A program made the translations under genes and the position numbers. Below are positions 28,054 through 32,868 of a stretch of DNA of 32,868 bases, one piece after another. The DNA lies in the IMG/VR virus record IMGVR_UViG_3300025608_000057, positions 1-32,868 of that record. One strand, 5' to 3'. Under the pieces are notes generated by a model. That model was not told the DNA's origin and ran no database searches. It saw only the letters and a list, made by a program, of their open reading frames with translations. This stretch comes from a virus (Duplodnaviria; Caudoviricetes). Each line of letters opens with the position of its first letter. Positions within the stretch are counted from its first letter, which is position 1.

Positions 28054-30261
28054 CTACTTAATTATTTGCGAATGCATTCCTTTATTGTTAAATCTTTTTA
28101 TTTGTATTCCTAACGATTGTCTTTCAAATTGAGGCTTTGGGCTATATAAATGTCTATTGCAAGCCATTATAGCTAAACCTGAACTTATTGCTGCATCAAA
28201 CTTTGTTCTTTTGTTTATATCAAAACCTGCCCAATCGTTTAATGTTCTATTAAAATATATATTACCCCCGCCTTCTTCATTAACGCCTACATATTTTTCT
28301 ATATAAGTTTCAATTGCAGAAGCGTGAGCCTGCTTAATATCTTCAGATGTATTGGGTATTCCACCAATTTCTTTTTCTGTTACAGATAACTTATTCCAAA
28401 CCTTATCAGGTCTATTCATAGAAAATCCCCTATAACCTCTTCTTTTAATATGATATAATAAACGAGGTTTATTGTTCTCACATAGTATTGGCATACCATA
28501 AAATATAACAGCCATTAATATATCTTCAAAAAACATTTCAGCTGTTTGAGGCCTAGCTATATATTCTAAAAAGAATGTATTAGGCGGAGCATCTTCCATA
28601 CTAAACTTAGTTAATCCGTGTAAAGCACCATTTGAACCTACTCCATCTGTTGTACCTGATATATCATATGAATCACAACCAAATGCACCTATATGTTCAT
28701 TACCTGGATATTTAGCTCCATTCTTAACTATTACATTGTTTTGCAGGTTCTTAGGAGGAACCCATGAAACTAAAAATCTTCCAGAAGGATTTGGGTTAAA
28801 AATTACTTTAGTATCTTTAATTCCATTTTCCCAAGAAAAAGAACCTTTTGTTACAACTCCTTGTCTAACAAGATCTTCGTTGTAATCTATTTGCTCGTAT
28901 ATTTTTGTTAAATTAAATATACTATTTTTAGCTTCATCTCTAAAAGCGTGCTCTTCAGTTCTTGGAAATTGTCTATAATATTCATTAAGCCCATCAGAGT
29001 CATGCTTTAAACCGTCTACTTCATTCTCCCAAAAGTCTATTACCCCTATGTCAACGTATTCCCCATCGTTGCCAAGGATGGGTTCTTCTGGAGTATCAAA
29101 TATAGGGTATCCATAAGAATCAATGTATCCTTCGTAATTCCATTCCATAGGGATGAACAAACTATATAATCCCGAGCTAGTCTGTCCATTTCTATTTCTT
29201 TTTGTAACATCTGAATTTTTATATAATTTTTTAAAATTACCCCCTCCTTTTTCTAAAGCATTTGATGTTGATCCCATCATGCACTTACCGATAATTTTAC
29301 TTCCTAACCTTAGCGTTGTTTTTGTTACTCTCCAGTTATTTAATATATTGTCAGGTCTCTCCCATTTACCGGATTCATCATGTACTAACAGCTTTAATTT
29401 TTCACCATCATAACTGTTATCCCCCGTATTCTTCCAGTCAATAGTTGTATCTAACCCCTCTAATACTTGTTTTTCTGTGGTTGAAGTGATGGACTTTTTG
29501 GTAAGCTTTGAGGCTGGAACCCTGTAGGCGAGTTCTGATTTCGGTCTGTCCATCCCGTCTTGTATTGGTTTAAAGAAAAACGGGTAGTTGACTGATATTG
29601 GTACAACTTTGTCTGTAAACATTTTCTTCGCATCTGCTCCAGTCTTAGAAAGTATTCCAAATCTTGAATCGGATGATATTGTTGCTTGGTTAACGGTCTC
29701 CCCTGACGCCATAAAACTAAAGCCTGATCGTCTGTTTTTGAGGTAACAAAGTCCGTAGCATCGTTTATCAGCTTTGCAAGCTTCCCAGAAGATAAAGAAT
29801 AATCTATTGGCTTCTCTGAAGTCTGGCTTCCCAACGTCAATTTTAGTCCACTGCAAGTACATGTAGTGAGTACCAGTAATATAAGTGCTAACACCTTTAT
29901 TATTGAACCAATAACCATTTTCCCGCTTAGTAAACTCTTCATCAATATATTCATACCATTTTGATTTGAATGATTCTGGATAACTTTCCCAATCAAATAT
30001 ACTTTTTATTTGATTTAATTCTTTAGGATATTCAGAAGGTGTCCACCTATCTTTTGTTTTATCTATTGACTTAGGAGCCTCAGGTAATGCTATACACAGG
30101 TTTTGTATTTCAATTACTTCGCCTATCTTTCCAGTCTTACTTATAACAACTACATCATATTCTTTATTATATCCATATTCCCATTTATTATAACGATTCA
30201 TTCGTTTTATAATATTAGGTTTTATAGGTGTTACAGTTTTTACTAAATATTGCTCGTACAT
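28054..30261 (-). CDS. terL: Terminase large subunit
   Basis: 735 aa with Walker A-like KNRRSGFS, Walker B LLVHDESGKW, coupling motif MGSTSN, and RNase H-like nuclease residues FGCDSYD, ENNK and FDAAISSGL. Confidence 0.93.
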   Translation of the reverse strand: MYEQYLVKTVTPIKPNIIKRMNRYNKWEYGYNKEYDVVVISKTGKIGEVIEIQNLCIALPEAPKSIDKTKDRWTPSEYPKELNQIKSIFDWESYPESFKSKWYEYIDEEFTKRENGYWFNNKGVSTYITGTHYMYLQWTKIDVGKPDFREANRLFFIFWEACKADKRCYGLCYLKNRRSGFSFMASGETVNQATISSDSRFGILSKTGADAKKMFTDKVVPISVNYPFFFKPIQDGMDRPKSELAYRVPASKLTKKSITSTTEKQVLEGLDTTIDWKNTGDNSYDGEKLKLLVHDESGKWERPDNILNNWRVTKTTLRLGSKIIGKCMMGSTSNALEKGGGNFKKLYKNSDVTKRNRNGQTSSGLYSLFIPMEWNYEGYIDSYGYPIFDTPEEPILGNDGEYVDIGVIDFWENEVDGLKHDSDGLNEYYRQFPRTEEHAFRDEAKNSIFNLTKIYEQIDYNEDLVRQGVVTKGSFSWENGIKDTKVIFNPNPSGRFLVSWVPPKNLQNNVIVKNGAKYPGNEHIGAFGCDSYDISGTTDGVGSNGALHGLTKFSMEDAPPNTFFLEYIARPQTAEMFFEDILMAVIFYGMPILCENNKPRLLYHIKRRGYRGFSMNRPDKVWNKLSVTEKEIGGIPNTSEDIKQAHASAIETYIEKYVGVNEEGGGNIYFNRTLNDWAGFDINKRTKFDAAISSGLAIMACNRHLYSPKPQFERQSLGIQIKRFNNKGMHSQIIK

Positions 30262-30536
30262 TATTTGGATCTTCTTTCTGCAAAACCACTGAAGCTTTGT
30301 TTATCTTCAACAGGTTTGTTTTCCATTAAATTCTTTTCAGCTTCAATGCGAGTAAGTATTTCAAAAGCATCAAAAATTGCAAGTTTTTTAGTTGCAGCAG
30401 CATTCTTCAATCTGTCAGCTGCAAGCTCATCCTCTCCTCCATCAACAATAATTTCTTCTTCAGCTACTCTTATTAATTCTTGGACAGCTTTATATCCAGC
30501 TTGGATTATATTCGGTTTCAGATCCTTTGCGTTCAT
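30261..30536 (-). CDS. Putative terminase small subunit
   Basis: 91-aa helical protein coupled to terL by a TAATG overlap. The call rests mainly on position. Confidence 0.55.
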   Translation of the reverse strand: MNAKDLKPNIIQAGYKAVQELIRVAEEEIIVDGGEDELAADRLKNAAATKKLAIFDAFEILTRIEAEKNLMENKPVEDKQSFSGFAERRSK

Positions 30537-31089
30537 ATTTAATTGAAATTGAATTTAGTGGTACTCTATATAATTTTTCATTGTCTATAATGAATTCATA
30601 TTCACTATTAGGAGTAAAACCTATTAAATCATTGTTGTTTAAATTAAAGCTTCTTAAATCGTCTCCTAGGTGCTTTAAAACACCCATTAAAGGCTCTTCT
30701 TTATCTTCAGTCAATTTATTTAAACTATGTACAGGTTTTACAAAACAATATCCAGGAGGCGTATGCCATTTCCCGTTCCTTTTGTATAAAAATATTTGAT
30801 CACTATAACAAAAATACTTATCTTCTTTAAAATAGCTTCTGCTGTTTTTTTCTTCACCTCTAATGTTGTAAAATCTTCTAAAAACATTGTGGTGTACAAT
30901 TACTTCATCTTCTATTTGTAAAAATTCATTATCATTTATTAATGGTAACTCTTTTATTATACCATTTCTATTTACAAACTTGTGGTCTTCTATTGAAGTA
31001 TTTAATATAAGTTCTTTGTCATCAATACTTTTTTTATTACTGTATCTACCATTTAATGGTTCAACAATATAAGCATAAATGTTTTTCAT
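30490..31089 (-). CDS. Tandem GroES-like (co-chaperonin fold) protein
   Basis: 199 aa in two beta-rich halves, each matching the GroES pattern (V.P ... G.V/I ... D.V/I.F/V): YIVEP...GIIKELP...EDEVIVHHN and CFVKP...GVLKH...DLIGF...EFIIDNEKLYRV. Confidence 0.6.
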   Translation of the reverse strand: MKNIYAYIVEPLNGRYSNKKSIDDKELILNTSIEDHKFVNRNGIIKELPLINDNEFLQIEDEVIVHHNVFRRFYNIRGEEKNSRSYFKEDKYFCYSDQIFLYKRNGKWHTPPGYCFVKPVHSLNKLTEDKEEPLMGVLKHLGDDLRSFNLNNNDLIGFTPNSEYEFIIDNEKLYRVPLNSISIKYERKGSETEYNPSWI

Positions 31090-31307
31090 TAATATTGTAG
31101 ATTATATTCAATTGAAATTGCCATGTTTTTATTAAACTGTTTCCAAGGTAAAACCTCATCATCTTTATTAATGTATATTCTATAGCTTTCTTCTTCTTCT
31201 ATTATTTCTGTTATAGTATGACCTCCAAAAACTTCTTGCCCAACGCTATAATGCATTGCATCATTTTTATAGTCTCTGCCAATGCTAATTTTTCTTATTA
31301 GATTCAT
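31089..31307 (-). CDS. Small conserved hypothetical protein
   Basis: 72 aa (IRKISIG.DYK..AMHY.VGQ ... WK.FN.NM.ISIEY), with a TAATG overlap to the next gene. Confidence 0.8.
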   Translation of the reverse strand: MNLIRKISIGRDYKNDAMHYSVGQEVFGGHTITEIIEEEESYRIYINKDDEVLPWKQFNKNMAISIEYNLQY

Positions 31308-31434
31308 TTTTATTAATATTTGATTCTTGTAAAATTGTAGAAATAGCCTGTACTTTTGCTAATTCTTTAATTGGGAACTCATTTAATATTTGAGTTATTC
31401 TACTTATTTGATTTTCATTTAATTTAATTTCCAT
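31285..31434 (-). CDS. 49-aa hypothetical protein (not in ORF track)
   Basis: Manual translation gives MEIKLNENQISRITQILNEFPIKELAKVQAISTILQESNINKNESNKKN*. It has an AT-rich leader like the other genes and a 23-nt overlap with the next ORF. Confidence 0.6.
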   Translation of the reverse strand: MEIKLNENQISRITQILNEFPIKELAKVQAISTILQESNINKNESNKKN

Positions 31435-31493
31435 AATATTTATATTTAGTTAACTATATTATTACATATTAGTTATTATCTTCAAGTCTTGCA

Positions 31494-32867
31494 TTATTCG
31501 TTGTATAATTGTGTAACTTCTTCTGCGTCTAATGCTCTGTCAAAGATTCTTACTTGGTCTAATTCAGCATCTGCGTGCCACTGAACTCCCCCTGAATCTT
31601 GGTTCGCCCCTAAATTAAATTGATTTAAGTCATTTGGCATTACAATTTGTGTAGTAGAACTTCCTACTGAATAGGTTACTGTTTCTGGAACACCATCTAA
31701 ATAAAGTTTAGTACCACTACTATCAGCAACAAACGCAAAATGATGCCAATTATTATCTGCAATATTAGTTGAACCTGCTGCTACAATATTATTTGTTGAA
31801 TTATTTCTGTTATTTATATATATAACATTTCCTTGACTTGCTCTAAAGTAAAGAATCATTTCTGTAGAGCCTTCATTTGTATCAGTAAACCCTATAAAAG
31901 AGTTTACTTGGGTGCTTGAAGAATGTCCACTTGTTTTTATCCAACCTGATAAAGTTAAAGTTGTTTGATTTCTGTAAGCCGTTCCTAAAGAAGTGCTTTT
32001 TATTATAGAGCTACTCCCATTAAAAGATGCAGCATCATCAAATTTACCTGTTGCATAAGTTATATTAGAAGCAGTACCGTTATTTCCATTACCTGAATCA
32101 TCTCCTGCATCTCCATTTAGTTTATAAGTAGCTAAAGTTGAATCATCATTAAAGAAGTTATCTGCTACAAATACTTCTTCAGCAAATGCCATAAAGATGT
32201 AAGTTCCACCGTTTGCGTTATAATCTCCGTGAGGGTCTCCTATTGTAAAACCATTAGAGTGTGAAGAAAAATTTGAGTTATTACCAACTTCTTCTGCTAT
32301 TGACTCATTAGGTTCTAAAGAATTAGCGAAATCTCTTTTATTGTCTATTATTTTCCAGTCCTCAACACTATCAGTTCTTTTTATAATTATCATAGCAGGT
32401 CTAAACCCTGTTACAACATTTACCGTATTTCCAGAACCTGTCCCAACGTAAGAACCTATTTTAGACATTCCATCAACGCTGTGGAAGCAGTAGGCGATAG
32501 TATCTTGTGTATTATAATTTCTTACTCCTATATTAATTACATTACCATTAGAACCAACTGCATTAGAACCTGTACTGCCAACGGAATTATTTGTATTTAA
32601 CCTTAAAAAATTAGTAGATGGACTACTAAATATTGTTCTATTTCCGCCAACTATCCAACTATCTGTACCATTATCAAGACCTTTAAGAAAATATATTTCT
32701 GGTTCTGAATTTAATCCGTGTCCTACCGTTGGAGCTGTTTCTGTATTGCCAGTAAACTTCACAATACTAAACCCTGCCTCTGTATTAGCGGATACTTGAC
32801 TTGTAATAGTTCCATCTGTGTTTTGTACGTCATCACCTCCTGCTTTCCAGTTCCAAGCTACGTAGTC
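31494..32867 (-). CDS. LamG/concanavalin A-like lectin-domain virion protein (partial; 5' end outside window)
   Basis: The frame is open to the window end (DYVAWNWKAGG...SANTEAGFSIVKFTGN...VGHGL, a marine-phage repeat domain, DUF7483-like). The C-terminal LamG motifs are GKFDDAASFNG, TLSGWIK, WHHFAFV, KLYLDG and LDQVRIFDRAL. Confidence 0.85.
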   Translation of the reverse strand, partial: DYVAWNWKAGGDDVQNTDGTITSQVSANTEAGFSIVKFTGNTETAPTVGHGLNSEPEIYFLKGLDNGTDSWIVGGNRTIFSSPSTNFLRLNTNNSVGSTGSNAVGSNGNVINIGVRNYNTQDTIAYCFHSVDGMSKIGSYVGTGSGNTVNVVTGFRPAMIIIKRTDSVEDWKIIDNKRDFANSLEPNESIAEEVGNNSNFSSHSNGFTIGDPHGDYNANGGTYIFMAFAEEVFVADNFFNDDSTLATYKLNGDAGDDSGNGNNGTASNITYATGKFDDAASFNGSSSIIKSTSLGTAYRNQTTLTLSGWIKTSGHSSSTQVNSFIGFTDTNEGSTEMILYFRASQGNVIYINNRNNSTNNIVAAGSTNIADNNWHHFAFVADSSGTKLYLDGVPETVTYSVGSSTTQIVMPNDLNQFNLGANQDSGGVQWHADAELDQVRIFDRALDAEEVTQLYNE

Positions 32868-32868
32868 G

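Noticed and set aside
28054-28056. Stop-codon reassignment (TAG/TGA) as in some crAss-like phages
   Set aside because: Genes are full length under code 11, coding density is very high, and TAG serves as a normal stop for terL.
2924-31072. Numerous short + strand ORFs in the track (e.g. 4316-4675, 7340-7738, 26176-26520, 29460-29996)
   Set aside because: They lie antisense to long, motif-bearing minus-strand genes and have Ser/Phe/Leu-rich shadow composition.
1-32868. CRISPR arrays, tRNAs, introns/inteins, integrase, DGR repeats
   Set aside because: No repeat-spacer pattern was seen and the few intergenic gaps are short with no tRNA-like structure. nrdA, terL and MCP are uninterrupted, and no RT or recombinase ORF is present.

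Overview
AT-rich fragment of a tailed dsDNA phage genome, most likely a crAss-related podovirus of aquatic Bacteroidota/Flavobacteriia. This assignment is inferred from gene order, motifs and SD-less starts. The + strand carries the end of an unknown gene and a compact class I ribonucleotide reductase alpha subunit (nrdA). These converge at a bidirectional terminator (~1927-1966) with a ~31 kb minus-strand virion module. In transcription order the module holds: a partial LamG-like protein, two small ORFs, a tandem GroES-like protein, putative TerS, TerL, portal, acidic scaffold, major capsid protein, a conserved post-capsid protein, two tail ring proteins, a 3001-aa nozzle/muzzle with a ~1580-aa Ig/FN3 extension, a 107-aa protein, three putative ejection proteins, two small basic Cys proteins and two small membrane proteins. 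The most notable element is the 2046-aa ejection-locus protein. It shows no RNA polymerase DxDxD motif, but it carries a zincin HExxH domain, a sigma-70 region-2-like segment and a possible EHxxP nuclease-like module, separated by recurring (F/Y/Q)SK(K)S linkers. This suggests an injected, possibly self-processing polyprotein. All product calls come from motif recognition and synteny; no database searches were run.
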